This document shows, piece after piece, positions 29,201 through 39,616 of a stretch of DNA of 64,000 nt. Under the pieces are notes generated by a model. It did no database searches and was not told where the DNA came from. It saw only the letters and a list, made by a program, of their open reading frames with translations. The stretch's first letter is position 1; the number at the start of each line of letters is the position of its first letter. Source of the stretch: Candidatus Latescibacterota bacterium (GTDB taxonomy: Bacteria > Latescibacterota > UBA2968 > GCA-2709665); the NCBI GenBank assembly GCA_965219995.1, contig CBDCOX010000002.1, positions 4,288,001 to 4,352,000 on the forward strand, given 5' to 3'. The translations under genes were made by a program, and so were the position numbers.

Positions 29201-32200
29201 CCGACGGTGAAGGTCTCGTTCTCTTCAATATCGTCGTCCTCCGTCGTCGCCACGGTGAACGTATGCGCTTCGCCCGCCGCGCCGCTGAACCTGAGTGGAG
29301 ATTCGTTGGGCGTGTAGTCGGTTCCCGACGTCGCGGTACCGTCGCTGAAAACAGGCGTCACCGTCACACCGCCCTGAACGGCCCGGTTCAGCGAGACCCT
29401 GAAGGTCAGCCCATGGCCTTCAGACGCTTTCCTCTTCCGGGTTGTCGCCGTCCCGCTGTCGTCGTCTGTAATGGTGCCCGTGGCGGTTCCCGTTGTCAGT
29501 CCGGACACCGACGTCCCGGAGATTGAAAGACCCGCCGTGACGGTCTCGTTGTGTTCCACAACTTCGTCCTGGGCCGTCGCCACCGAGAACGTGTGGGTCT
29601 CCCCCGCCGTCCCGGCAAAGCGTATGCCCGCGACATCCGCGGTGTAGTCCCTGCCGCGGGTGGCCGTGCCGCCGCGGATGACGGGCGTGACCGTCAGACC
29701 GCCGGGTACCGTGCGGTTCAGCCTCACCGCAAACGTCAGAACGCCTCCCTCCGGGGCGGCGGCGTCTGCCATCGTCACCGTCTCCCTGACCGTGGACGGG
29801 TCATGTGTCGTGCCGCGGCCGCTGTCCGACCACGCGCCGTCGCCTTCGGCGTTCCTGGCCATCACCTGTACCTCGTACGTGGTCGCAGCCTTCAGGCCGG
29901 CGATCGTGGTGCTGGCGCCTGTGCCATTGAAAGCATGGTCTCTCCAGGCCGTTGTGCCCGCTTCTCTGTACCGCACGTCGTAATCGACGATGGGCCCGCC
30001 GTTGTCGGCGGGCGCCGTCCAGCTCACGTCCAGCGAACCCGCGGGGTCTCCCGACGACCGGCCTACCGACGGCGCGTCCGGCGCGTCCGGCGGCGATACG
30101 TCGGTCACGTTGACCGTGAGGGACAGGACGTCCGTGTGCCCGTGTCCGTCGTCCACGGTGACCGTCAGCCCGTCGTAAACACTCTTGACTTCGAAGTCCA
30201 GCGAGTCCTTCGTGCTCAGTTGGCCGGTGGCCGAGTCCATGCTGAAGACGGAGGCGTCGGTCCCGCCGAGCGTGTATGAAAGCGGGTCGTCCTCGGCGTC
30301 CGTCGCCGAGACCGGCGTGCCGATGGCCGTGCCCGGGGGCGTGTTCTCGGCCACGGTGCGGATGGCCGCGTCCCCGTCGTCGAATACGGGCGGTGCATCG
30401 TTGTCCAGGATCGTTACCGTTGCGGTCCTACGGCCCACCACCACTTTCTGGGACGCCCCGCTGGCGACCGAGGGCTCGCCCAGATCAATCCCGAAGCTCT
30501 CCAGGTCCTCGTGCTCCTCGTCGTCGAGGATGATAATCTCGATGATCGCCTCCGTCTGTCCTGCCGCAAGGGTGACGGTGCCGGAGCTGGGTTCGTGCTC
30601 GTGTCCGGACTGCCGATCTGCGACGGATATTCTCGACGCGGGCCCCGAGCTCGATGTGGTCCACGGCACCTCGACCGTACCGCCCACGGACGACGAGAGC
30701 GTGACCGGCAGTTCCACGCTGGTACCTTCAGCCACGGGGCCTTCCGGATCATGGATCGAAACGTATACGGTCGTGCTGTCACCAATCGTTCCCGGCGCCC
30801 TGTCGTTCTCGATCACGGTGATGGTGAACGTCTCCGTCACGGCGTCGTTCGTGCCGTCGTCGGCGCTGATGGTCACGGTGTGGTCCTGCACAGCCGCGTC
30901 CTGCGCCACGGTGCCGCTGACCTGTCCCGAGGCGTACGACAGCCCGGACGGCAGGCCCGTGACGGTCACCGTGGGCGTATCGCCGTCGGCGTCCGTCACC
31001 GTAATGGCGAACGTCGTGATCGACTCTCCCTGTTCGTACGTCTTGTCTCCCGGATCCGCGATCACCGGCGCGAAGGCGACGTCGGTCACGGTGATGGCAA
31101 ACGTCTCCGTTACGTCACCGTGCGCTCCGTCGTTGGCCGTGATGGTCACGGTGTAGTCCTGCACAGCCGCGCTCCGCGCCACCGTCCCGCTGACCTCTCC
31201 CGAGGCGTACGACAGTCCCGCCGGCAGGCCCGTGACCGTGACCGTCGGCGTATCGCCGTCCGCGTCCGTCACCGTGATGTCGAACGCCGTGATGGCTTCG
31301 CCCTGATCATACGTTTTGTCCCCCGGATCTGCGATCACCGGCGCAAAACTCTCGTCGGCCACCGTGATGGTAAACGTCAACGTCACGGCATCGTTTGTCC
31401 CGTCGTCGGCCGTGACGGTCGCGGTGTAGTCCTGCAGTGCTGCATCCGCCGCAACGGCGCCGCTGACCTGCCCGGAGGCGTACGACAGCCCGGTCGGCAG
31501 GCCCGTGACGGCGACCGTCGGCGTATCGCCGTCGGCGTCCGTCACGGTAATGGCGAACGCCGTGATCGACTCCCCTTGCAGGTACGTCCTGTCTCCCGGA
31601 TCCGCGATCGCCGGCGGAAAGTTTACGTCGGTCACCGTGACGGTAAACGTCTCCGTCACGGCGTCGTTCGTCCCGTCGTCGGCGCTGATGGTCACGGTGT
31701 GATCCTGCACAGCCGCGTACTGCGCCACGGTGCCGCTGACCTCTCCCGAGGCGTACGACAGCCCGGTCGGCAGGCCCGTGACCGTGACCGTCGGCGTATC
31801 GCCGTCCGCGTCCGTCACCGTGATGGCGAACGCCGTGATGGCCGCCCCTTGCGCGTACGTCTTGTCCCCCGGATCCGCAATCACCGGCGCGAAACTGACG
31901 TCGGTAACCGTGATGGTGAACGTCTCCGTCACGTCCGCGTTCGTCCCATCGTCGGCATTGATGGTCACGGTGTGATCCTGCACAGCCGCGTCCTGCGCCA
32001 CGGTGCCGCTGACCTCTCCCGAGGCGTACGACAGTCCCGCCGGCAGGCCCGTGACCGTGACCGTCGGCGTATCGCCGTCCGCGTCCGTCACCGTGATGGC
32101 GAATGCCGTGATTGCCGCCCCCTGCGCGTACGTCTTGTCCCCAGGATCCGTGATCACGGGGGCGAAGTTGACGTCGGTGACCGTGATGGTGAACGTCTCC

Positions 32201-35200
32201 GTCACGGCGTCGTTGGTCCCGTCATTGGCCGTGATGGTCACGGTGTGGTCCTTCACCGCGGCGTCCTGCGCCACGGTGCCGCTGACCTCTCCCGAGGCGT
32301 ACGACAGCCCGGTCGGCAGGCCCGTGACCGTGACCGTCGGCGTGTCCCCGTCCGCGTCCGTCACGGTGATGTCGAACGCCGTGATGGCTGCGCCCTGGGC
32401 AACCGTCTTGTCCCCCGGATCCGCAATTACCGGCGCGAAGGCGACGTCTGTCACGGTGATGGTGAACGTCTCCGTCACGTCCGCGTGCGCCCCGTCATTG
32501 GCGGTGATGGTCACGGTGTGGTCCTTCACCGCGGCGTCCTGCGCCGCGGTGCCGCTGACCTCTCCCGAGGCGTACGAAAGCCCGGTCGGCAAGCCCGTGA
32601 CCGTGACCGTCGGCGTATCGCCGTCCGCGTCCGTCACGGTGATGTCGAACGCCGTGATCGACGCCCCCTGCGCAACCGTTTTGTCCCCCGGATCCGCGAT
32701 CACCGGCGCAAAACTCTCGTCGGACACGGTGATGGTGAATGTCTCCGTGACGTCGGCGTGGGTCCCGTCATTGGCCGTGATGGTCACCGTGTAGTCCTTC
32801 AGTACTGCGTCCTGCGCCACGGTGCCGCTGACCTGCCCCGAGGCGTACGACAGTCCCGACGGCAGGCCCGTGACCGTGACCGTCGGCGTATCGCCGTCCG
32901 CGTCCGTCACCGTGATGTCGAACGCCGTGATCGACTCTCCCTGGGCATACGTCCGGTCACCGGGATCCGTGATCACGGGCGCGAAGGCGACGTCTGTTAC
33001 GGTCACGGTGAACGTCTCCGTCACGGCGTCGTTCGTCCCGTCATCCGCGCTGATGGTCACGGTATGGGCCTTCACCGCCGCGTCCTGAGCCACCGTACCG
33101 CTGACCTGTCCCGAGGCGTACGACAGCCCGGACGGCAGGCCCGTGACGGTCACCGTCGGCGTTTCGCCGTCCGCGTCCGTCACCGTGATTCCGAATGCCG
33201 TGATCGACGCCCCCTGCGCAACCGTTTTGTCCCCCGGATCCGTGATCACCGGAGCGAAGTTTACGTCGGTCACCGTGATCGTGAACTTCTCGGTGACGTC
33301 CGCGTGGGTCGCGTCGTTGGCCGTGATGGTCACGGTGTGGTCCTTGACCGCGGCGTCCTGCGCCACGGTGCCGCTGACCTGTCCCGAGGCGTACGACAGG
33401 CCGGACGGCATGCCCGTGACGGTCACCGTCGGCGTATCGCCGTCCGCGTCCGTCACGTTGATGGCGAACGCCGTGATCGCTTCGCCCTGTTTGTACGACT
33501 TGCTCCCCGGATCCGTGATCACCGGCGGGAAGTTCACGTCGGTCACCGTGACGGTGAACGTCTCCGTCACGTCCGCGTGTGTGCCGTCATTGGCCGTGAT
33601 GGTCACGGTGTGGTCCTTGACTGCCGCGTCGTTCGCCACGGTGCCGCTGACCTGTCCCGAGGCGTACGACAGCCCGGACGGCAAACCCGTGACGGTGACC
33701 GTCGGCGTGCCTCCGTCCGCGTCCGTCACGGTGATGTCGAACGCCGTGATCGCCGCCCCTTGCGCAACCGTCTTGTCCCCCGGATCCGTGATCACCGGCG
33801 CGAAACTGACGTCGGTTACGGTGATGGTGAACGTCGCCGTCACGTCCGCGTGTGTGCCGTCATTGGCCGTGATGGTCACGGTGTGGTCCTTCGCTACGGC
33901 GTCCTTCGCCACCGTGCCGCTGACCTGTCCCGAGGCGTATGACAGTCCCGATGGCAGGCCCGTGACGGTGACCGTCGGCGTGCCTCCGTCCGCGTCCGTC
34001 ACGGTGATGTCGAACGCCGTGATCGCCGCCCCTTGCGCAACCGTCTTGTCCCCCGGATTCGTGATCACCGGCGGGAAGCTCTCGTCGGTCACGGTGATGG
34101 TGAACGTCGCCGTCACGTCCGCGTGTGTGCCGTCATTGGCCGTGATGGTCACGGTGTGGTCCTTCGCTACGGCGTCCTGCGCCACCGTGCCGCTGACCTG
34201 TCCCGAGGCGTATGACAGTCCCGATGGCAGGCCCGTGACCGTCACCGTGGGCGTATCGCCGTCCGGGTCCGTCACCGTGATGTCGAATGCCGTGATCGCC
34301 GCCCCTTGCGCAACCGTCTTGTCCCCCGGATCCGTGATCACCGGCGGGAAGCTCTCGTCGGTCACGGTGATGGTGAACGTCGCCGTCACGTCCGCGTTCA
34401 CCCCGTCGTTGGCGGTGATCGTCACCGTGTAGTCCTGAACGGTTGCATCGTCGGCTACCGTGCCGCTGACCCGCCCCGAAGCGTATGACAGCCCGGAGGG
34501 CAGGCCCGTGACCGTGACCGTGGGCGTATCGCCGTCCGCGTCCGTCACCGTGATGTCGAGCGCCGCAATCGCTTCGCCCTGGGCAAGCGTCGTGTCTCCC
34601 GGGTCCGTGATCACCGGCGGGGTGTTCACCGTCAACTTGATGATGACGTCGATTGCGGCCGCGTGACCGTCGACCGTGTAGTTGACCTTACCCCGATAGA
34701 ACTTGGCGGTCACCTCGCCATTAAAGGTCTCCGTCTCCCGGTAGGTATCGTCCGTGTCGTAGTCCAGCGTTGCGCCCGTGGCCACCTTGATCTGTCCGGT
34801 GGACGACTCGATGACGAACAGTCCCGAGTCCTTCGCGTTGCCCGTGAGCGAGTAGGTCAGGGCCGCGCCGTTATATGGCGTCCCCGTTACCGGAGCTCCC
34901 ACCGCCGTGCCGGCGGGTGAATGCTCGACGATGCTGCGGCTCGTCTTCGCGGTGATGCCGATGGTCGCGGTGCGTGTGACCGATCCGCCATAGGCGTCGC
35001 GGGCCGTGTAGGTCACCTTGGACGAGCCCTGGTTGAGGAGGGTGACCCGCAGCTGCGCGCTTCCGGCGGCGCCGGTCAGGCTGACGCCCAGCAGCGCCGG
35101 ATGCTGCGCGGCCGCCGAGTAGGTGAGCGCGTCGCCGTCCGCGTCGGAGAAGAACGCGCCCTGGCCGGTCTCCTTATAGTCGGCGATGGTGCCGACCGGA

Positions 35201-38200
35201 AACGTGCCGCCGTTGAAGGATACGCTGCTCGCGGCCGGCGCCCTGTTGGCCCGGCCCGTGCCGGTGTCCGACCAGGCACCGTCGCCTTCCTGGCTGGTGA
35301 CGGCGCGCACCTGCGCCTCGTACGTCGCGCCGGCCTCCACGCCCGGCAGATTGAACGTGGTGGCCGTGGCCCCCAGCGTGCCGCTGTAGGCCGTCCAGTC
35401 CGCGGGGTCCTCACCCGCCGCGGCCTTCTTGCGGTACTGCGCCTTGTACCCGGTGATGGTCATGCCGCCTGCGGCCGGCGCCGTCCACGTCACGTCCATG
35501 GCGGGATCGGTCGGATCGCTGAACTGCGCCCGCGTCACCGTCGGGGCGGCGGGCTTCGGCGTCCCCACGTCCGTCACCAGGATGTTGACGTCGATCACGG
35601 CCGCATTCCCGTCGACCGTGTAGTTCACTTTGCCCCGGTAGAACTTGGCGATCACCTGACCATTCGAGGTCTCCGTCTCCCGGTGGGCATCGTCGGTCTC
35701 GTAGTCCAGCGTCGCGCCCGTAGCCACCTTGATCTGTCCCGTGGACGACTCGATGACGAACAGTCCGGAGTCCTTCGCCTTGCTCGTGAGCGAGTAGGTT
35801 AGTGCCGCGCCGTTGTACGGCGTCCCCGTTACCGGAGCGCCCACCGCCGTACCCCCCGCGGAGTTCTCGGCGATGGTGCGGCTCGTCTTCGCGGTGATGC
35901 CGATGGTTGCGGTGCGGGTGACCGACCCGCCGTATGCGTCGCGGGCCGTGAAGGTCACCTTGGACGAACCCTGGTTGAGGAGGGTGACCCGCAGCTGTGC
36001 GCTCCCTGCCGACCCGGTCAGGCTGACGCCCAGCAGCGCCGGGTGCTGCGCGGCCGCCGAGTAGGTGAGCGCGTCGCCGTCCGCGTCGGAGAAGAACGCG
36101 CCCTGGCCGGTCTCCTTATAGTCGGCGATGGTGCCGACGGGGAACGTGCCGCCGTTGAAGGGCGCGCCCGTCGCACCCGGCGCCCGGTTGGCCCGGCCCG
36201 TGCCGGTGTCCGACCAGGCACCGTCGCCTTCCTGGCTGGTGACGGCGTGCACCTGCGCCTCGTACGTCGCGCCCGCCTCCACGCCCGCCAGATTGAACGT
36301 GGTGGCCGTGGCCCCCAGCGTGCCGCTGTAGGCCGTCCACGACGCGGGGTCCTCACCCGCCGCGGCCTTCTTGCGGTACTGCGCCTTGTACCCGGTGATG
36401 GTCATGCCGCCGGCGGCCGGTGCCGTCCACGTCACGTCCATGGCGGGATCGGTCGGATCGCTGAACTGCGCCCGCGTCACCGTCGGGGCGGCGGGCCTCG
36501 GCGTCCCCACGTCCGTCACCAGGATGTTGACGTCGATCACGGCCGCATTCCCGTCGACCGTGTAGTTCACTTTGCCCCGGTAGAACTTGGCGATCACCTG
36601 GCCGTTCCAGGTCTCCGTCTCCCGGTGGGCATCGTCGGTCTCGTAGTCCAGCGTTGCGCCGGTGGCCACTTTGATCTGTCCGGTGGCCGACTCGATGACG
36701 AACAGATCCGAGTCCTTCGCCTTGCCCGTGAGCGAGTAGGTCAGGGCCGCGCCGTTATAGGGCGTTCCGGTGACCGGGGCACCCACCGCCGTGCCGGCCG
36801 CCGAGTGCTCGGCGATGCTGCGGCTCGTCTTCGCGGTGATGCCGATGGTCGTCGTGCGGGTGACCGATCCGCCATAGGCGTCGCGGGCCGTGAAGGTCAC
36901 CTTGGACGAACCCTGGTTGAGGAGATTCGCTGTGAGCACAGCGCTCCCGGGGGCGCCGGAAAGGCTCACGCCCAGCAGGGCAGGTTTCTCGGCAGAGGCC
37001 GCATACGTGAGCGCGTCGCCGTCCGCGTCGGAGAAGAATGCCCCGCTTCCGAGCGGCGGCGCCTCGTGCCAGGCGAAGGCGCCGCCTACCCCTAACGTGC
37101 CGCCGCTGAAGGATATGCTGCTCGCTGCCGGCGCCCGGTTGGCCATCCCTTCCCCGGTGTTCGACCACGGCCCGTCGCCCTCCTGGCTGGTGACGGCGTG
37201 CACCTGCGCCTCGTACGTCGCGCCCGCCTCCACGCCCGCCAGGTTGAACGTGGTGGCCGCGGCTCCCAGCGTGCCGCTGTAGGCGGTCCACGCCGCGGGG
37301 TCCTCACCCGCGGCGGCCTTCTTGCGGTACTGCGCCTTGTACCCGGTGATGGTGAGGCCGCCGGCGGCCGGCGCCGTCCACGTCACGTCCAGGGCGGGAC
37401 TGGTCGGCTCGCTGAACTCCGTCCTCGTCACCATCGGGGCGTCGGGCTTGCCCGGCCCGATGTTCGTCACCTTGATGATGACGTCTATTGCGGCCGCGTG
37501 ACCGTCTACCGTGTAGTTGACTTTCCCGCGGTAGAACTTGGCGATCACCTCGCCATTAAAGGTCTCCGTCTCCCTGTGGCTGTCGTCGGTCTCGTAGTCC
37601 AGCGTTGCGCCGGTGGCCACTTTGATCTGTCCGGTGGCCGACTCGATGACGAACAGATCCGAGTCCTTCGCCTTGCCCGTGAGCGAGTAGGTCAGGGCCA
37701 CGCCGTTATAGGGGGTTCCGGTCACCGGATCGCCCACCGCCGTGCCGGCCGCCGAGTGTTCGGCGATGCTGCGGTTCGTCTTCGCGGTGATGCCGATTGT
37801 CGTCGTGCGGGTGACAGACCCGCCATAGGCGTCGCGGGCGGTGTATGTCACCTTCGAGGTGCCCTGATTGAGGAGATTCGCTGTGAGCACAGCGTTTCCG
37901 GCCGCGCCGGAAAGGCTCACGCCCAGCAGGGCAGGTTTCTCGGCAGAGGCCGCATACGTGAGCGCGTCGCCGTCCGCGTCGGAGAAGAATGCCCCGCTTC
38001 CGAGCGGCGGCGTCTCGTGCCAGGCGAAGGCGCCGCCTACCCCTAACGTGCCGCCGCTGAAGGATACGCTGCTCGCACCCGGCGCCCGGTTGGCCGTGCC
38101 CTCTCCGGTGTCCGACCAGGCACCGTCGCCCTCCTGGCTGGTGACGGCGCGCACCTGCGCCTCGTACGTCGCGCCCGCCTCCACGCCCGCCAGATTGAAC

Positions 38201-39525
38201 GTGGTGGCCGTGGCTCCCAGCGTGCCGCTGTAGGCGGTCCACGCCGCGGGGTCCGCACCCGCCGCGGCCTTCTTGCGGTACTGCGCCTTGTATCCGGTGA
38301 TGGTGAGGCCGCCTGCGACCGGTGCCGTCCACGTCACGTCCAGCGCGGGACTGGTCGGCTCGCCGAACTGCGTGCGGGTGACCGTTGGGGCGGCGGGCTT
38401 CGGCGCTCCCACGTCCGTCACCTTGATGATGACGTCTATTGCGGCCGCGTGACCGTCGACCGTGTATCCAACTTTTCCGCGGTAGAACTTGGCGATCACC
38501 TGGCCGTTCCAGGTTTCCGTTTCCCTGTGGCTGTCGTCGGTCTCGTAGTCCAGCGTTGCACCCGTGGCCACCTTGATCTGTCCGGTGGCCGATTCGATGA
38601 CGAACAGTCCCGAGTCCTTTGCCTTGCCCGTGAACGAGTAGGTCAGGGCCACGCCGTTATAGGGCGTCCCGGTGACGGGTGCGCCAACGGCGGTGCCGGC
38701 CGCCGAGTGTTCGGCGATGCTGCGGCTTGCTTTCGCGGTGATGCCGATGGTCGCGGTGCGGGTGACCGAACCGCCGTAAGCGTCGCGGGCCGTATAGGTC
38801 ACCTTGGACGAGCCCTGGTTGAGGAGGGTGACCCGCAGCTGCGCGCTTCCTGCCGCGCCGGTCAGGCTGACGCCCAGCAGCGCCGGATGCTGCGCGGCGG
38901 CCGAGTACGTGAGCGCGTCGCCGTCCGCGTCCTGGAACATCACACCCAGCGCGCCCTGGCCGGTCTCCTTATAGTCGGCGATGGTGCCGACGGGGAACGT
39001 GCCGCCGTTGAAGGATACGCTGGTCGTTGCCGGCGCCCGGTTGGCCCGGCCCGTGCCGGTGTCCGACCACGGCCCGTCGCCCTCCTGGCTGGTGACGGCG
39101 CGCACCTGCGCCTCGTACGTCGCGCCCGCCTCCACGCCCGGCAGATTGAACGTGGTGGCCGTGGCCCCCAGCGTGCCGCTGTAGGCCGTCCAGTCCGCGG
39201 GGTCCTCACCCGCCGCGGCCTTCTTGCGGTACTGCGCCTTGTACCCGGTGATGGTCATGCCGCCGGCGGCCGGCGCCGTCCACGTCACGTCCAGCGCGGG
39301 ATTTGTCGGCACGCTAAACTGTGTCCGCGTCACCGTCGGCGCGGCGGGCTTCGGCGTCTGGCCCGCGGCGTCCGTTGGAGACACGAGGAGAGCGGCGGCT
39401 GCGAACCAAATGGCCATCGCCGTACCGGCGGACCCGCCGGCAAGAGCCTTGAAGGCCGGAAGGGGCTTGCAGCGCGGTAACAGACCCGGACGTCGTGCGT
39501 CTCCTGCTGATAATCCATTTTGCAT
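26245..39525 (-). CDS. Giant autotransporter adhesin (4426 aa): FN3/cadherin-like repeats, putative Ig (He_PIG-like) repeats, Calx-beta, C-terminal beta-barrel
   Basis: GAGGAG RBS, extended signal; FN3 motifs (LDVTWTAP..YEAQVRA); WTLWGRG..AYVGADY barrel; terminal Phe. Confidence 0.93.
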   Translation of the reverse strand: MQNGLSAGDARRPGLLPRCKPLPAFKALAGGSAGTAMAIWFAAAALLVSPTDAAGQTPKPAAPTVTRTQFSVPTNPALDVTWTAPAAGGMTITGYKAQYRKKAAAGEDPADWTAYSGTLGATATTFNLPGVEAGATYEAQVRAVTSQEGDGPWSDTGTGRANRAPATTSVSFNGGTFPVGTIADYKETGQGALGVMFQDADGDALTYSAAAQHPALLGVSLTGAAGSAQLRVTLLNQGSSKVTYTARDAYGGSVTRTATIGITAKASRSIAEHSAAGTAVGAPVTGTPYNGVALTYSFTGKAKDSGLFVIESATGQIKVATGATLDYETDDSHRETETWNGQVIAKFYRGKVGYTVDGHAAAIDVIIKVTDVGAPKPAAPTVTRTQFGEPTSPALDVTWTAPVAGGLTITGYKAQYRKKAAAGADPAAWTAYSGTLGATATTFNLAGVEAGATYEAQVRAVTSQEGDGAWSDTGEGTANRAPGASSVSFSGGTLGVGGAFAWHETPPLGSGAFFSDADGDALTYAASAEKPALLGVSLSGAAGNAVLTANLLNQGTSKVTYTARDAYGGSVTRTTTIGITAKTNRSIAEHSAAGTAVGDPVTGTPYNGVALTYSLTGKAKDSDLFVIESATGQIKVATGATLDYETDDSHRETETFNGEVIAKFYRGKVNYTVDGHAAAIDVIIKVTNIGPGKPDAPMVTRTEFSEPTSPALDVTWTAPAAGGLTITGYKAQYRKKAAAGEDPAAWTAYSGTLGAAATTFNLAGVEAGATYEAQVHAVTSQEGDGPWSNTGEGMANRAPAASSISFSGGTLGVGGAFAWHEAPPLGSGAFFSDADGDALTYAASAEKPALLGVSLSGAPGSAVLTANLLNQGSSKVTFTARDAYGGSVTRTTTIGITAKTSRSIAEHSAAGTAVGAPVTGTPYNGAALTYSLTGKAKDSDLFVIESATGQIKVATGATLDYETDDAHRETETWNGQVIAKFYRGKVNYTVDGNAAVIDVNILVTDVGTPRPAAPTVTRAQFSDPTDPAMDVTWTAPAAGGMTITGYKAQYRKKAAAGEDPASWTAYSGTLGATATTFNLAGVEAGATYEAQVHAVTSQEGDGAWSDTGTGRANRAPGATGAPFNGGTFPVGTIADYKETGQGAFFSDADGDALTYSAAAQHPALLGVSLTGSAGSAQLRVTLLNQGSSKVTFTARDAYGGSVTRTATIGITAKTSRTIAENSAGGTAVGAPVTGTPYNGAALTYSLTSKAKDSGLFVIESSTGQIKVATGATLDYETDDAHRETETSNGQVIAKFYRGKVNYTVDGNAAVIDVNILVTDVGTPKPAAPTVTRAQFSDPTDPAMDVTWTAPAAGGMTITGYKAQYRKKAAAGEDPADWTAYSGTLGATATTFNLPGVEAGATYEAQVRAVTSQEGDGAWSDTGTGRANRAPAASSVSFNGGTFPVGTIADYKETGQGAFFSDADGDALTYSAAAQHPALLGVSLTGAAGSAQLRVTLLNQGSSKVTYTARDAYGGSVTRTATIGITAKTSRSIVEHSPAGTAVGAPVTGTPYNGAALTYSLTGNAKDSGLFVIESSTGQIKVATGATLDYDTDDTYRETETFNGEVTAKFYRGKVNYTVDGHAAAIDVIIKLTVNTPPVITDPGDTTLAQGEAIAALDITVTDADGDTPTVTVTGLPSGLSYASGRVSGTVADDATVQDYTVTITANDGVNADVTATFTITVTDESFPPVITDPGDKTVAQGAAITAFDITVTDPDGDTPTVTVTGLPSGLSYASGQVSGTVAQDAVAKDHTVTITANDGTHADVTATFTITVTDESFPPVITNPGDKTVAQGAAITAFDITVTDADGGTPTVTVTGLPSGLSYASGQVSGTVAKDAVAKDHTVTITANDGTHADVTATFTITVTDVSFAPVITDPGDKTVAQGAAITAFDITVTDADGGTPTVTVTGLPSGLSYASGQVSGTVANDAAVKDHTVTITANDGTHADVTETFTVTVTDVNFPPVITDPGSKSYKQGEAITAFAINVTDADGDTPTVTVTGMPSGLSYASGQVSGTVAQDAAVKDHTVTITANDATHADVTEKFTITVTDVNFAPVITDPGDKTVAQGASITAFGITVTDADGETPTVTVTGLPSGLSYASGQVSGTVAQDAAVKAHTVTISADDGTNDAVTETFTVTVTDVAFAPVITDPGDRTYAQGESITAFDITVTDADGDTPTVTVTGLPSGLSYASGQVSGTVAQDAVLKDYTVTITANDGTHADVTETFTITVSDESFAPVIADPGDKTVAQGASITAFDITVTDADGDTPTVTVTGLPTGLSYASGEVSGTAAQDAAVKDHTVTITANDGAHADVTETFTITVTDVAFAPVIADPGDKTVAQGAAITAFDITVTDADGDTPTVTVTGLPTGLSYASGEVSGTVAQDAAVKDHTVTITANDGTNDAVTETFTITVTDVNFAPVITDPGDKTYAQGAAITAFAITVTDADGDTPTVTVTGLPAGLSYASGEVSGTVAQDAAVQDHTVTINADDGTNADVTETFTITVTDVSFAPVIADPGDKTYAQGAAITAFAITVTDADGDTPTVTVTGLPTGLSYASGEVSGTVAQYAAVQDHTVTISADDGTNDAVTETFTVTVTDVNFPPAIADPGDRTYLQGESITAFAITVTDADGDTPTVAVTGLPTGLSYASGQVSGAVAADAALQDYTATVTADDGTNDAVTLTFTITVADESFAPVIADPGDKTYDQGEAITAFDITVTDADGDTPTVTVTGLPAGLSYASGEVSGTVARSAAVQDYTVTITANDGAHGDVTETFAITVTDVAFAPVIADPGDKTYEQGESITTFAITVTDADGDTPTVTVTGLPSGLSYASGQVSGTVAQDAAVQDHTVTISADDGTNDAVTETFTITVIENDRAPGTIGDSTTVYVSIHDPEGPVAEGTSVELPVTLSSSVGGTVEVPWTTSSSGPASRISVADRQSGHEHEPSSGTVTLAAGQTEAIIEIIILDDEEHEDLESFGIDLGEPSVASGASQKVVVGRRTATVTILDNDAPPVFDDGDAAIRTVAENTPPGTAIGTPVSATDAEDDPLSYTLGGTDASVFSMDSATGQLSTKDSLDFEVKSVYDGLTVTVDDGHGHTDVLSLTVNVTDVSPPDAPDAPSVGRSSGDPAGSLDVSWTAPADNGGPIVDYDVRYREAGTTAWRDHAFNGTGASTTIAGLKAATTYEVQVMARNAEGDGAWSDSGRGTTHDPSTVRETVTMADAAAPEGGVLTFAVRLNRTVPGGLTVTPVIRGGTATRGRDYTADVAGIRFAGTAGETHTFSVATAQDEVVEHNETVTAGLSISGTSVSGLTTGTATGTITDDDSGTATTRKRKASEGHGLTFRVSLNRAVQGGVTVTPVFSDGTATSGTDYTPNESPLRFSGAAGEAHTFTVATTEDDDIEENETFTVGLRVSNAPAGVTAGDPVTGTIIDDDGPNEPPGFNVAGLTTTRAVAENTPAGGAVGDPVEATDPNGDVLSYTLSGSDAFAIDSGTGQIMVSEGTSLDYEAGPLSYAVTVTVNDGREGSDVIDVAISVTDVAEPPAAPAAPRVTGASLTSVQAVWRVPANTGPAVNDYDVRYRTQGASGWTAHAFTGTKTVAEIAELESEATYEVQVRAKNAEGAGAWSPSGSGRTRINTPPVAVDDAVTVFRGRRTTSLWTGDARHDARNPSFAPPEDFDIPEPDAGAKIAPLATGAAVSASDDGRISVLANDVDAEDDRSQLTAILVEAPAHGALTLYEDGTFVYNHDGSRTAQDRFTYRVLDSRGASSDEATVTIAIKGTNLGPSVTGTIPDQVLTMGTNGSVDLTGLFADPDGDPLEYEASSDNGIVNVSLVDRVIALTPVAVATARVTVTARDPYGLSAKLSFAVTVENLQTNRARVLELSLAAFGRTVLSQAVDAVAGRFEATSRVQQATLNGGRLVRGQAFDTMDWVHVTARMFGVPLDAPASGSPFEKTALIGLPGSMSDPNVVRPALRAPSGRGILTRSSFQMAMDRAGAAENGWTLWGRGAGSRYSGDPISDNRMDGSVTAAYVGADYHWSSKLVAGLAASYSSGVQDLDNAGESIGRWKTRLASLHPYVHWSPSEKLGLWGMLGFGTGDAELYSGYGGPLAGTGSSTVETDIDSRSAALGGRMDLTRVGRVDLALTADAFAVNTGSEAVAGLRAATGDARRVRMMVNGSTAWSVTTDTRMDLRLALGARFDGGDVETGLGTELAGALSLANRPIGLDVEIRSHWLAAHQDRDFREGGLSLALRLDPGADNRGLTLFIEPAWGQHAAGGVDGLWNGDRMTAYRHGTDGPEASDWRPNRARAGMGYGLETLGGRGRLAPFVEMDVADAGIQRLGGGLRLNGPGSANGSAGIMSRDLRLELRCEYGLPRQGFGMGGNGARVGLLLFRNF
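30810..34630 (-). repeat. 14 tandem 273-bp (91-aa) Ig-like coding repeats
   Basis: PVIxDPGDKT..QG..I..F.ITVTDADGDTPTVTVTGLP.GLSY counted 14 times. Confidence 0.9.
34640..39355 (-). repeat. 5 tandem ~945-bp coding repeats (FN3 plus two cadherin/Ig-like domains)
   Basis: Units begin (K/R)PxAPxVTR; two alternative middle-domain alleles. Confidence 0.9.
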
Positions 39526-39600
39526 CGGCTGACTCCTCGCTTCAATTCGAATGATTGCAATTCCGGCCGGCGCGAAAAGTTGCCGGCTGTGATAAAGGAA

Positions 39601-39616
39601 GCAGAAGCCGTGCCAA
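39601..39616 (-). promoter_or_regulatory. sigma54 (-24/-12) promoter
   Basis: TTGGCACGGCTTCTGC (GG-N10-GC), ~75 bp upstream of ATG 39525. Confidence 0.8.
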
